Shown piece after piece: positions 44,786-58,508 of a stretch of DNA of 64,000 nt. Where the stretch lies: positions 90,830,001-90,894,000 of the forward strand of contig OX597816.1 in NCBI GenBank assembly GCA_951406725.2, read 5' to 3'. The stretch's first letter is position 1, and each line of letters starts with the position of its first letter. The notes under the pieces are model-generated. The model was not told the origin of the DNA, did not search any database, and was given only the letters and a program-made list of their open reading frames with translations. The position numbers and the translations under genes were made by a program. The stretch is from Octopus vulgaris (taxonomy: Eukaryota).

Positions 44786-46814
44786 ATACTAACGCATTTT
44801 CTGTTGAATATTTGTCTATGATTTTAACCTTAGTCTTCTTGAAGTTTACAAAGACAATCTCGTTATTTTTCTTTTATGTTTCCAGGTCGAATCGTATGCT
44901 TTCTATTTTGAAAGTTGCTGCAATCTCGGGCAAAGCAATTCAAAATATGATTATGCAAAAGTATACCATATAAAGTATCAATATACAAAGTCTAAGAAAA
45001 TCTTCATCTATTTCTTCTTTTTTTTTATATTCGTCTGATACTAAAATAACATTTCACAATAAAAGTATTTTTCTCCTTAAGCATTGTGTTCGTTAATTAA
45101 AAAAGAAGACGCTATATTCTACATCGTAATCCAATTTTCAAGCAAAACAATGTCATATCACATTTAATTATATACAGCATAAATATTCTGTAGGTGTATG
45201 GAGAAAGAGATACATATAGATCAAAATATACTCATTCTAGATTCTGTCACTCTGTCCGTCGGCCTATCTCTCTTTCTCTTCCTCCTTCCCACTCTGTGTC
45301 TATCTCGTCCTTGTTTCTGTCTGTATTCCTTGATTTCTTTCTGACATATCTCCTCCTCGCTCATCGTTTATAATAATGTCAGTATATGTTATTATTTAAA
45401 TTATTTTTGATATTACTATTAATGCCGAGATATGAGAAAGTTCCACAACTCATTTCTTAAGAAGCGTTCAAACTAATATATTTTTTATTCTTTAAATTTG
45501 AAGTTTTGTCATTGCTTAACGATTAAATAAAATATAGAATACAACCAGTGTAGAACAAGAATCATTAAAAACAAAAGCGCAAGAAATAACTATGAATTTT
45601 AAAAATTAAAATAGACGCGTGAAACAGAGAGAGATAGAAACAGAGACGGTAAGAGCTTTTAATATAAACGTTTTATGGTCGAAATTTAGAGTAATGTAGA
45701 AAAGTAATTTAGGCAAGAAATCAGGGGTCTTTCATCTTTTTATGATTAATAAAGTAATTAGCAGTCATGTCTTAGTTTGGTAACATAAATGCTAGTTTAT
45801 CTCTGTACATGTACCCCCGTAGCCAGTGGGGTTTCGAGAGGCTGGGATAAAGTCATCTGCAACTATATATAAATATAATTATGTAACATTTTATCTTCGT
45901 GTATTCGTTTGACGGCTAATGTTGGATATATCGTAATAAATGAGAACCTTGGTCGAAATCTTGGTTATATCCATTCATGCATGGCATTGTGATGATCAAT
46001 CAAGAAAGAAAAGCATCATTCAATACATATACATGCATACGTATACACATATAAATTAAGTTTTATCCGCATATCGATTCTATTAATACCCTATATAATG
46101 CCAATGAATGCTTTTTTATAAAGTTTTCCCAGGGTATTTGTTTTTATCAACCCTCCAAATTTTATCTGACGTTATAGAGAACTGGAAAAATATTGTTGCT
46201 AGAAATGTGAAAAGACTAACTGAAAGTTATGTATTCCGCAACACAATCCTGCTAATAACGATTAACTAGCCGATATGAATACCTTCTTTAAGAGCTATTC
46301 TATCCGAAGGTTTTGCGTAATTAAAAAAACAAAAAACATCAATGCAGATGAAACTTTATGCATAAACGATAAGATATAACATATCTATAGAATCGATATA
46401 CGGACAGAATTTACACTCTCCCAGGCACAACTTGTACAAATATGAGTGTAGGGGAAGGGGGAAAGTCATGTCTGTTGCTGGCTTGTTGATGCTTAGCAAG
46501 TCCGATTCGGCACATACAAGCAAGAACAAGGAGGCTGCATGAGAAGATAGGCTGGCCAATGTTCGTCGTAATATCCTTGTTTTACCTCTTTTTTTCTCTT
46601 ATCTGTAAGGATGGTCTTCTAAGGAGGCTGTTGCTCGGAAGACACACGTGTGTGTGCGCGCACACACACACACACACACACACATAAATATCGACAAAGA
46701 GACTGAATGCTCAACATCGCATTGGTGGATAAAATTTTATTTGTGCATTTGTGGTTTCATGTTAAGAAATTATCTTAATGTCTGAACAATGTTTTCAAGC
46801 TGATCGCATGGAGG

Positions 46815-48030
46815 AATGGTGTTCGTCTCCATTTTGGATGAAAACATCATTCTTCCATGTAATCGAATTGAAAATTCTATGATATTGAGATATTTTCTTA
46901 AAATAGAAATAATGATAGCCTTAATATACAATAAGCCGCAATGAAAAGCATCAACTACGGCCAAATTGTAATAGTAGAAATGCTTATGATATAGCTAACA
47001 CAGTAACAACATCGGAAAATGAATCAGAACTGCCATATATACAAATAAATATGATAAATGCTCATGCAGAGAAAAATCAAAATGCCCATTGATGAACCTC
47101 TGTATGAGTACAAATTTTGTATATAAATGTACCGTGCACACAAAGGGAGCACTGTATGTTTACAGTGGGCAGACATTGATTCATTTAAGAATCGTTATCG
47201 CAACCATGTCGCCAGCTTCAAGAGAATCAATAAGAGACATTCAACATCTTTGACCGATTTTGTACGGCGATTGAAGGAAGGTAAAATTAAGTTCAACATA
47301 ACTTGGTCCATAGTAAGGCACGTAAAACAATACAATATCATTTCCAGGAGATGCTGACTCTGCTCCGAGAAATCTGTCTATCTTGTGGACCAATGAGAAG
47401 ATCATTAATAGAATTTCTGAAAGACTCTCAAGATGACTACACGCATATAGAGGTACTTTCGAACAATGCAGTGGGAATGAATTTGAGTAACTGTTAATGT
47501 AATTTACTTTAAGGTATGGATGAATTAAGTTTAGCTTTAACCTCCCCATTTCTATAAACACCAAGTAGCTATTTAACTCACTTTGTGATCATGAGTGCAT
47601 CAAACCACGCGTGTGCGTATGCTTACATTTTCGCGGTGCTTGTATGAGCGAGTGTGTATGCACCATGCAAATTGCGCGAGGGCATTTATCCACCCATATC
47701 TGTTAACGGTCATTTTAAATATTTTTCTCGCTGTATTGCATGTTAATTTCTTTTTTGCACCTGCGATTTTATTTTTGATCTATACAAATGAAGATATTTC
47801 CTTCGTTTAGCTGCTTTTTTTCCTACATAATGAGAAGATACATTGCGGAACTGTTATTTTTACGAGTTGTATCGATTTATCACCCGATGAAACATATCTG
47901 CACTGCCGGAAGCTCCTGGACCAGTTGTTAAGTGTCCCACACGTGAGGGATCGATGCTAGATGCGTCGAAACAATTGTCGTGATTAAGAATTAAAATTCT
48001 CGTACATTCTATTTTCCGGCTTTCATTTAC
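46815..48030 (+). mobile_element. Penelope-like element 3' relic: GIY-YIG endonuclease, 3' UTR and hammerhead
   Basis: CSCREKSKCPLMNLCMSTNFVYKCTV...YSGQT from 47059, then after a frameshift SFKNRYRNHVASFK...HSTSLTDFVRRLKEGKIKFNITWSIV...RRC*LCSEK. Hammerhead at 47879-47984. Ends at (CT)n(AT)n. The 5' boundary is uncertain. Confidence 0.85.
47879..47984 (+). ncRNA. Type I hammerhead motif with one core substitution
   Basis: ATCAC-CCGATGA-AACATATCT...AGATGCGTC-GAAA-CAATTG-TC-GTGAT: 5-bp stem I, palindromic stem III ACAATTGT, GUC site. The core reads CCGAUGA rather than CUGAUGA. Confidence 0.75.
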
Positions 48031-48120
<90 letters not shown>

Positions 48121-49162
48121 ACATGAATAATATTGGTATATTGTACGAAGTAGTCAATGTTAGCGTTATTTCAAACTATATTGGCAAGTATACAACAATG
48201 CTTGGAAATAGTCGTGATGCAATTGTTGCAAGAGTAGCTTCACCCTGATAAATCTTATGACCCAATTCGTTTTTTTTGGAAAACTCCAAAATGATCATAA
48301 ACTGTACAATTTTGCATTATAACTTTTGAACATTTATATATACAGAATATATATATACACTTTCGATGAATGAAGAATATAATGCTTAACATTTTTGCGG
48401 GGTGTGCGACAAAACTGTTGCGCCTCCCTTATCCTGTCCCTGGTGATTATCAACTGAATAAAGTGTAAAACCACATCAGATAGCCACAGGAACAACCACT
48501 AGACGCTCTGCTGCCATTTAGAAAGCCTTCGCTATGGTGATGACCTGACAGTCCTCGCCTCATTCAGTTTCCGACCTTCTTCAACTTATGTTAAATGATT
48601 TCTAATCTATCTAATCTATCTATCTATCTATTGACAGTCACGATGCTGTAAGAGAGAAAAAAATCTCTTCATGGACACGTTGTCTTACAAACAATATATA
48701 TCGGGGCCAGATGAATATCATTCCAACAGCAACCCTTGGGAATGCCGGGTGTGTTTCGGCTTCTTTGAGCGTTATCAATGCCATGTCACATGCCTAGTCA
48801 CATGCCTCAGATCTCTCCTCTCTGATATACAGGAAATACATAATAATATATGGACTAAATATAAACTTATTGAACATCGACCCTATCAACAGTGTATATA
48901 CGTTAAGTATGATACATAGATGGCTATTTCAATTTAATGCCATTTCAGTTGTGTACTGCGAGTTTTATTCAGCCCTGTCACTTTCCACAACATCAGAGAG
49001 TGTATTATTCAGTTTCCTTTAAATCAGAAGAAACAGATGTCGTCTAGGTTTGTGACCAGCAAATACACGTCGTTGGCCAGCTCAAGGAAGCCGAAATGCG
49101 CTTGGCAATTTTATGGGTCACTGTTGGGGCAATTTCCGTGTAATTTCGAAACATATGGTGGT

Positions 49163-49343
49163 TCTTATTTCTTTATTGCCTACAAGGGGCTAAACAAAGA
49201 GGGGACAAACAAGGACAGACAAAGGGATTAAGTCGATTACATCGATTACCTCAGTGCGTAATTGATACTTAATTTATCGACCCCGAAAGGATGAACGGCA
49301 AAGGCGACCTCAGCGGAATTTGAACTCAGAACGTAAGGACAGA
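49163..49343 (-). mobile_element. SINE family A (long tail), 5'-truncated
   Basis: TATTTCTTTATTGCCTACAAGGGGCTAAAC...GGAATTTGAACTCAGAACGTAA. Confidence 0.8.
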
Positions 49344-49654
49344 TATGGGGTTCTGCTAACGATATCAGTACCAAAGTGTGTTGAATTGTTTGTCAAATTA
49401 ACTTGGGTTTCGAATTAATGTTTTTTTTTTTTTTCATCTATATCAGTTACTCAGCATTTTTCGATACAATGTACAGAGAATAACGCGTTAGAAATGATAC
49501 AGTATATCACCAAATTTGAAAAGTCTTATTATACACGGGAAAACAAAAACAATATTGAAACTGTTTTAAGACAGACAAGCACGAATGGCACGCGTGCATT
49601 GTACTTAATCCCACAGCAATTCGAATTATATCCCATCAAAAATATCCCACGGGT

Positions 49655-49975
49655 AGGCGTGAGAGTGAAGTATGAAGTTAGCTTCCTAACCACATAGTTT
49701 CGGGTTCAGTCCCACTTCGTGGCTCCACGTTCAAATGTTTTCTACTACAACCACGGGCTGACCAAAGCCATGTGTCTTTGTCATTCTTCCCGGCATCTAC
49801 CACTGCTTGACAGTCGGTGTTTGTTTACGGATCCATAACTTAGCGGTTCGGCAAAATGATTCAATACAATAATTACCAGACTTTAAAAAGATTCGTTTAA
49901 CTAAACGCTTCAAAGCAGTGCTCAAGCATGAATGCAGTACAAAACTGGAAAAGTGTCAAAAATAAAAGGTAAAAA
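49655..49975 (+). mobile_element. SINE family B, diverged
   Basis: GGGTTCAGTCCCAC...GACCAAAGCC...TAACTTAGCGGTTCGGCAAAA...GTGCTCAAGCATG. Confidence 0.7.
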
Positions 49976-51339
49976 GATTTAAAAAATATTGCGACTAGCT
50001 TCGAAAACTTGAGCACACCTGCAAAGAATACGCGGCACATGGAGCGTACCGAAACTCAGTGGTTGAAAACTTCTGTACTATCTGCTGTTCAGATAGTACT
50101 AGAGTCTTATCAAATTTTTCATGTATGATTTTTAATTATAGAGCACCAATGGGATATGGTAATGCATCGGATATAAAAAAAAATACACTGAGGTTAAGAC
50201 AGAATTTGTTAAAGAAGCCTCAAAATGAGATGCTAGTGAGAAAGAAATGACAATATCAATGATCCTAGTGTGTGGTAAAAAGAAATGTTTCGGATAGTTT
50301 CTCGGTATATATTTAACGGGCATATACTTGAAGATGGTAGCTTTGGAGATATAGAAAATGTGCTAAAGATATTAAATTACTGGCGCGACTTGGGAATATG
50401 TACTGGAAGACGTTAGTCTCATGTGTTCACTGCACTATCATTGCAATCTGGTTGAAGAAGAAAAGGAATTTGGGATAGATGATGTATAGTATGCTACTCT
50501 TTCAATGCTTCACTGCAAATAAAATGAGATTAGCCTTATGCTCCAGGGATTAAGGAAGTAGGAAATATATGCCTGTCTTCTACTATGTCAAACTAATGCA
50601 AATTTTACAGCCAGCATATGTGTATGTATAGGTGTGCGTACTCACGCGCACACAGACACACACACACTCGCACACTCACACACAAATACAAAAATGTATA
50701 CATATACTCGCATACATACATTATTTATACATATACTTACACACACACACACACACACAAACTCACGCATATATATCGTATGGAAAGGGAATTTATTATT
50801 GGTGACATTCATGCCTTTCCCATGAGTATTTATGATATAAGAAAGTAAAATGGCTTGAAATGGTAATAACTGAGTCATCGACTCGGAATGTAGGGACATA
50901 CTAAGGATCTCAGCAATATAACAGGGTTAACTACCTACATACGTGTACACACACACACACGCACACACACGCACACACACACACGCATTTTACATACACA
51001 TGTATACACATACACATAGACACACAAATATTTGGGATAAACAATTATATACTGAAGGTGCTGCTGCAGTCCAACTTGAAGGAGTAAATATCCCAACAGG
51101 CGCTGAAGTAGTTCTGTAGGTGTTTCAGCCCACCACTACACCGAGATCCAGGGCCACCTACTGATATATGCGATGAAACTTCTGTACAACAGCTCAAAAT
51201 TTGTTGTCAGATATTTCTGTAAAAGTCGATGCTTGAATTTATTCGAAGGGTATTCTTTATTATATTAGTCGCACCAGGTGTTGTCCCCAAATCTCTCTCT
51301 CAAGTCAGATATGGTGGTTAGCTTTCTTCACAGCTGAAA

Positions 51340-52250
51340 ATTTCATCGAAATGTATTTTCATTGCATTGTAGCTAGTACAAGACTCCTGATAAGCGAGTG
51401 GACGCTTGTTTCAAGAAATCCAATTTTCAAAGAAAGGGTTGTTGCTTTCCGTCTATTTTCGCATAAACCAGACAACTCACTGAATCTTCTGTCTTCCCTA
51501 CCAAATGTATCATTGATGTTTGTCTTCTAGCTCTGTTATTTTTACAATGTGACTAGGAAATGTCTTTCGGTTAGGAAAAAATGAGTGATATTTACCGCCA
51601 AGTTTTATTGCCACCTCCCTTGTACCCTTCCATTTTGGATTGTGCTTCTTTTTCAGAGGGACTGGGCTTTGCAGCATCTACCAGCCGAGCAAAATTTTAT
51701 CGACTAACTTTCTACTTTCTCAATTTTCGCTATGTAAATTATTTTTATTCTTTCTTCATCAGCCACTTCTCTAAGCATTATATTATACCGCCATGTGTAT
51801 CTGTATTGCAGGAGAGTAGGCAACAAGGGATTATGCACTTCATTTTTTTCAGCTTTCCCGCTTCTGCACAAACCATGCTTTATTTTCTAACGATTTAGGT
51901 TTGCCGACCCAAAGATTGATTCAGGCCATCTTTCCATCATAATTTTCATCTTCTTGAGTCACACACGCTCTCCGTTGACTACATTACATTCAATCCATAT
52001 TAATATTATTCGCACCTTCCCTATCCCTTTTCTATTCCTTGCTCATAATGTGATATAGTCTAATCTTAGAATTTCCGAGACCTTCTCTATCGGTTCGTGT
52101 AGGTTCCTCTATGTCACCATATTCTGCAAATACAACAAAATTCTCAGTCGCCTCAGATGCAATCAATTTTCTCCTACTATTAACCTCTGGTTGTCAGGAA
52201 TAAATGACTTTGTAGAGACATTATCTAACCACTGCTCGAATACTGATGGA
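51340..52250 (-). pseudogene. Possible heavily decayed piggyBac-like transposase
   Basis: Minus-strand fragments occur in the expected order: resemblances to P..LSIDE..FKGR, IYMDN.Y.S, HMGGVD, RK..KW..KIF and LTERHFL, then remnants of a Cys-rich tail. Many stops and frameshifts; no TIRs recognised. Confidence 0.4.
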
Positions 52251-52495
52251 ATAGATAATTCCAGAGGGCCATTTTTATTGTACACATGTACAGGCCTATG
52301 GTAAATTTAACCAATGGTTATTGCAATCTTTGTGAGAGCAATGTTTTGTCATTAGTGAAGAGTTCATCCTCTGTCAATTCTGAATTTGATCCCTTCACAT
52401 TTATTGTCAAATAACCTATAGTACGTCTCGCCTTGCTCTTCACAGACACATGCATACGGTAGATAAGATTTCTCTTGCAATATTCTACTTAATTT

Positions 52496-52709
52496 AAGGC
52501 GGCGAGCTGGCAGAAAGGTTAGCACGCCGGGCGAAATGCTTAGCGGTATTTCGTCTGTCTTTACGTTTTGAATTCAAATTCTGCTGAGGTCGACTTTACC
52601 TTTCATCTTTTCGAGGTCGATAGATTAAGTACCAGTTGCGAACTGGAGTCAATCTAATCGACTGGCCCCCTCCCCCCAAATTTCTAACCTTATGCCAAGA
52701 GTAGAAAAG
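52496..52709 (+). mobile_element. SINE family A (short tail), full length, with perfect 17-bp TSD
   Basis: AAGGCGGCGAGCTGGCAG...GTAGAAAAG. TSD AATATTCTACTTAATTT at 52479-52495 and 52710-52726. Confidence 0.92.
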
Positions 52710-53480
52710 AATATTCTACTTAATTTCTTTCTGCTTCCCTTTTGGTAAAGGTTATACTCCGCGATTTATTTAGGTAACCCCCAAGAGCTTGAGTGAAATA
52801 TATGTGTAAAAAGACTACGTCAGATATAAGGGCAGAAGATATTCTATCACCATTTTCGCGTACCGAAACATATACAGAAAGTAACAAAGTATGTGGCTAT
52901 AGCATCTCCAAAGAGCATTTAAAAAAGTCTTTTAGTCTTCACTTCTTTTAGTCATTGAAACATGTGCTACGTTATGCGACGTAAAGAAACAACAGTTGGC
53001 AAGCAATGCGAAGGAAAACACAGACACGCACACACAAACACTGACACATTGATACGACGGGCTTTCAAATAGTTTTAACTAACTAGATTTGCTCACAAGG
53101 CATCGGTCGGTTCGAACCATTAGGAGACGGCATATTACACGAAGCGCCACGTAGTGGAACTGAACCTGAAACCACATGATTGCAAAGCGAATTCCTTAAC
53201 CACTCAGCTGAGTATGCGCCTATGTTTAAAATTTCAAAGAATTACATCAAAAGTGACTGTTCTAAAATAAGAGAATCAAAGAGAAAGAAACATGAATTAA
53301 TAACATCACAGACAACCAATTCACTCGGAGACCGCACCCACAGGAAATTCAAAGTGGATACACATACAAAGACTTTTCTCTTTCTAAAGATTTTTACCGC
53401 GGAAATATAAATCTAAAGGTCTTGAATCTGTGATACATAGACACACATGCTACATCTCTCTACTTATAAATACAGACACA

Positions 53481-53533
<53 letters not shown>

Positions 53534-53651
53534 TCACAGCGATTCTTTAACTTCTATCACTCATTGGATTGCGGACATGCATGGATATTGCTTTGAAGAT
53601 TTTTCTTTTAGTCGATCAAACACGGCTTATTTTAGGTCTGGTACATATTGT

Positions 53652-53687
<36 letters not shown>

Positions 53688-53855
53688 GATGAGCTTCCGC
53701 CCAGTTTTCGTCTTTTAAATTTACGCACACCGGCATTGGTTGGATGGGTCTGTAGTTCTAAAAAGTTGCTCCAAGTGCTGCACAGCGCACGGTTTTACTA
53801 AATCCTACACCACAGTTGCAAAGCGAACTTCTTAGACCACTGAACAATGCCTGTG

Positions 53856-53910
<55 letters not shown>

Positions 53911-53913
53911 GTG

Positions 53914-54132
53914 CTTTTATTCTTTTACTTGTTTCAGTCATTTAACTGCGGCCATGCTGGAGCACCGCCTTTAGTCAAACAAATCGACCCCAGTTCTTAT
54001 TCCTAGTACTTATTCTGTCGGTCATTCTGCTGAACCGCTAACTTACGGGGACGTAAGCACACCCACATAATTGTCAAGCAATGGAGGGGGGACAAACACA
54101 GACACACACAGTCACACTGGGCCATTGCGCCT
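53914..54132 (-). mobile_element. SINE family B 3' half
   Basis: TTTTACTTGTTTCAGTCATTTAACTGCGGCCATGCTGGAGCACCGCC...GGGGGACAAACACAGAC. Confidence 0.8.
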
Positions 54133-55169
54133 CCACTTATATATTATATATATATAATATTAGGGAGTATAACTCCAAACTTACAGGGAAAAATTCAACT
54201 TGATATCAAATCAAATTTCACAATATAAATATATAATATATAAATTAGAGGAAAACCACTATTATGCAATTCAAACAATGATACACATAAACCAAATAAA
54301 TAAAAATAAAATATATTTTAAAGCATATAACTAGATCACAAAAGTACAAAAATGAATAAACAATATATAATAAGAAAAAAAATATGTACGTTTCATGGCT
54401 ATAGTTTAAATCCGAATTACAATAAAATTTAAATTTAATCGAAAAACAATTCAATTTGAAATTATAGTCACTCTTCAAGTTAACAATAATAACAATAATA
54501 GTTAAATAAATAAGCAAATAGAATTATACAATATTTCTTAAAGAAATAAAATCATGATTTTTTCCTATAGAAGAAACTCTATTAACTGAATTTGAGACTT
54601 AAAACATTAGGACCAGTTGCCTACAATACATTTATCATGTTAAATATTTAAGGTAAAAAAATAGAGTATATAGATACAAAAATGTATATATCTGTGAAGA
54701 TATAATTTAGCTTTAATAAGAAACATTAATAAACTATAGAATATCATTAACCTAGTTATACTCTAATATTTAATTACCAAACTATTTTACAAAACAATCA
54801 CTCTTTACATTTTTAGATTTTAGCTCACATATAATAATTATAAAATAATAAAATTATATAAAAGTACGTATCTAAAATATAATCAACAAATATAGCAATT
54901 AGAAATTCATATTTTTTCAATCAATAAACATATAAATAAATAAATATATTCCATCAATATATAAATATATATATATAATGACAACAGTCTGCAATGTTTT
55001 ACCAAAAAAGGAAAATTATAGTCTTCAGTAAATATGACGAGGGGTGTTAGAAACACCTACACTACTAGAGATAAGAGTTTAAATGCTCTAATACTGTAGC
55101 CAAAATACACGATTGCATGTATATACACTGACGGGGACTATAATCGCCTGCAAACATCGACCGTAACTT

Positions 55170-55220
55170 TCTTGTACTGACCGGTCAGTTTCGATAATTT
55201 CTAATGCTTCATCAGTAAGG
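55170..55220 (-). ncRNA. Type I hammerhead motif, antisense to and upstream of the PLE RT relic
   Basis: Minus strand: CCTTA-CTGATGA-AGCATTAGAAATTATC-GAAA-CTGACCGGTCAG-TA-CAAG. Stem III is the perfect 14-nt palindrome ACTGACCGGTCAGT, with a GUA site. Stems I and II are imperfect. Confidence 0.7.
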
Positions 55221-55399
55221 ACTGGTTCGATCACGGCAGCTTCCGAACTTAATTCAATCTCAAGCCAATCGCATGGAGAAAAGTGTTCAGCTACATCATG
55301 TCCATCGTTCAACATTTACGTATCAAAGCTTCCGACGTCAAGAAACACTGATTAAGCACTGAAACCTAATAGGGAATCAAAACAAACCGTGGAAAAACA

Positions 55400-56966
55400 C
55401 GAATTAATGACATCAACGAAAAATATTCCTATTCCACCAAGGAATCTTATCGCCAAAACAAAAATGATCTGAGGAGAATGAAATGGAAGGCCTATTTTTT
55501 CAATGAAGATGCGTGCAGCCCTCATACAAGAAGAATTACGAGTTCACATCTTATAAAATCCCGCCACATATTAAAGACCTAAAAGAATTTGAAGACGATC
55601 TTATAAAGTTAGTTAGAATGTACAATTCAACCAAAAATCCAACAAGTTTCAACGCACATTACAGATATACATCGAACCTTTCAAACATCAACGAATAGGT
55701 TTATTAAAGCAGATAAATCAAAAATTATTTACGAAGTAAACAACCAAACACACAACAAACTACTAACCGACAACATAACTAAAACATACAAGGGAACAAA
55801 CCCCACCACATATAAGTCAATTAATATAGAAGCAAAAATTCTTGCCACAAAGTTTTAAATAGAAGACAAAGTAGAAAAGCTCATTCAATGAAATCCTTTT
55901 ATAACTCTGAAAGGTCATAAAAGTAATTTCATGCAAAATCCTAGTTGTAGATTAAAAATTCCACAAAAAGAGAAATAGAAATTATTAGTAAATCGATATT
56001 AGATATTATACGACATATCAGTGTACACTCAAGTCTTACCCAATGGATATGCAGTAGTGCAACTACTGAATGATTTAAGAAAATAGAAGATAAACACAAA
56101 TGCAAATTCATATAATTCGATATTGTAGAGTTCTACCCCTGGATCTCCAAAAGCTTGCTTCAGGAGGCACTTGAATTTAATAAAACATATGTCACGATAT
56201 AAAATACTGATAGAAATATAGTCATGAACACAAGGGAGTCATTACACTTTCATAGTAATTCCTACTGTTTCAAAAAATGGAGACAAGTTATTTGACATGG
56301 CAATGGGAGCTACGACGGTGCAGAGATAACTGACTTTGTAGGCCTTTATATCCTAGATATCCTTAAATATGAAATAAAAAAGCTAACATAAGTTTATATA
56401 TGGACGATTGCCTGGGAGTAGTTCATAACAAAAAATGGACATGATATGGATAGAATATGGAAAAAAAATTTGCAAGATATTTAGCTAATTAGGCCTGAGA
56501 ACCATAATTAGTACAAACCTTAAAGAAACCAGCTTCCTAGACACTAACATGAGCCTTAACACATAAAATGTAAACCCTACCACAATCTTATGGTTCAAAC
56601 CACCTTATAGCATGAATATAGCCACTAACACAGCTAGGAAATTCTTAAAACTAATGGACAACCACTTTCCACATTCACAGAAATACCACAAGATCTTCAA
56701 CAGAAATACTGTTAAAGTTATACTTGCCTCCCCAATATAGGGCCAATAGTATTCAATCACAATAAACATAAACACATCAGAAACACCCCCGAAAGACTAT
56801 GTAACTGTAGATTCCCAAACCGCTGCCCTTTAAACAACAACTGTCTCAAGAAAAAACTCGTATACAAGGCCAAGATCACGGACCACAACGGAATAGCAAA
56901 GACATATATCGGAATGACGGGCAACTCTTCCAAGGAAAGGTATACACAACATCTGGCGTCATTCAC
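55400..56966 (+). pseudogene. Penelope-like element RT plus GIY-YIG ORF, frameshifted and 3'-truncated (possibly Naiad-type)
   Basis: Ordered motifs KNIPIP, RRMKWKAYFF, DLKEFEDDL, KADKSKN, FITLKGHK..F..NPSCRL, FDIVEFYP (~56116), GSYDGAE (~56305), LYMDDCLG (~56394, RT catalytic), FLDT, KIFNRNTVKV, CNCRFPNRCPLNNNCL (~56800), VYKAKI...YIGMTGNSSKERYTQHLASF. Confidence 0.92.
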
Positions 56967-58182
56967 ACTCTTACACTTACATATATATGTAAGTATGTCA
57001 TTATTAAAATAATGAAGACGATATCTTCAACTATATTCATGAGAAAATGTCGCAGCATGCTCTATTAAATAGTAAAAGAATGATAAAAAAAAGAACAAAT
57101 ATATTTAATGCATTCACATAGTTTTCTTATTTTTATTCGGAAGCGTCACCATGTCATTTCATTAGAGTTTCCCGGTCGTAACCGATTCCTACGGTGTGTT
57201 ACAGCCTAAGTCGCAATTCTGAAATCTGGCAAAATTAGCTTGTTTGCAAGTGTGTGTGTGCGTGCGCGCCCGCATGCGTGTGCGTATGTGTGCGTGTGCA
57301 TGTGTGTGTATGTGTGTGTGTTCTTTTCCGGTTGGTAAATCAGATAAATGAAACACTATACCATGTGCTATATATACAGGTATACCTCGATTTACGACGG
57401 AAATTGGTTTCTAAACAAGGGACTTAACCCGAAAAACGAGGTAACAATGAAAAATACTTCATTAAGAAAAAAATTATTAGCATATATGTGTTTTAATAAA
57501 TGTTTTGTACATATTTTCACGTGTATTTATTTGATAATTCCTTTTCAGTATTGGATTTTAAACGATCTGTCTAAAAAAAAAAAAAAAACTATGCATTTAT
57601 ATATGTTCACTTTCATCGGCGTAAAGTGGAAAAAGACGTAACTCGAAACAACGGTAGTTGAGGAGTACCTAAACACACACACACACTCCAAAAATTCTCC
57701 ACGTGAGATTCTTATGTTAATTAGATGCACACACTTGGGTTCATGCATCGACTATTCAACTAACATACGAACTGAACCACATATTTATAAACACCAGGAG
57801 CTCTCTTAACTCAACAAGTCGTATTGCATTGTTAACAAGCGGCTTGAACTTTTTCAAGAACTAATGAAACTGAAAGAAAAATCATACACAGGCGCAGGCG
57901 TGGTTGTGTGGTAAAAAGCTTGCTTCCAACCACGTGGTTTTGGGTTCAGTCACTACAATAGCCTCGGGCCGATAAAAGCCTTGTGAGTGGATCTGATGGA
58001 TGGAAACTGAAAGAAGCCCGTCGTATATATATATATAATTCATAAATGAGGGCAAAGGAAAAAATTTCTAATGCCAAATATGCCGAAAAATTGGACATAT
58101 TGTCCATTAACCATATAATGTTTTCACAATACGCACGTTACTCGAAAGAAGGTCGACAGAATTTTCTAAAAAATTCCATTAT

Positions 58183-58240
58183 TACCATATCGGACCGATT
58201 TCAGAGTTAGCTACTAAGAGCTCTCTCTTCATCAGTGATA
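58183..58240 (-). ncRNA. Type I hammerhead ribozyme, intact core
   Basis: TATCA-CTGATGA-AGAG...CTCT-GAAA-TCGG T CCGA-TA-TGGTA: stems I, II and III all pair; AUA site. Confidence 0.85.
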
Positions 58241-58508
58241 CATGTGGCAAAAGAAATAAATGAGATACTTACTCATACCCATGGAAGAAGCAAATACTAA
58301 GTCACGGGCACAACTAAGTACCCCAAATACATCCAAAAATAGAAATACTTCAGCCCATTCGAGGCACGTGCGATTTGAACTGAGGCTCTCACAGAGTGAG
58401 TTAGTTAGTTCGGAAGTGAACGCTTAAATTTATATCAAATTGATATAAATTTAAGCGTTCACTTCCATGGGTATGAGTAAGTATCTCATTTATTTCTTTT
58501 GCCACATG

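Noticed and set aside
44870-44962. Possible internal exon after the acceptor-like TTTTATGTTTCCAG
   Set aside because: The peptide is unrecognisable, the donor is poor and there are no partner exons.
47352-47363. In-frame TGA in the PLE C-x-L-C motif as possible selenocysteine
   Set aside because: The TGA is at the variable x position, not a Cys position. A CGA-to-TGA transition in a frameshifted relic explains it, and no SECIS was recognised.
48398-48443. GC-rich terminus resembling a hAT MITE end (CAGGGACAGGATAAGGGAGGCGC on the minus strand)
   Set aside because: No partner TIR or TSD was found.
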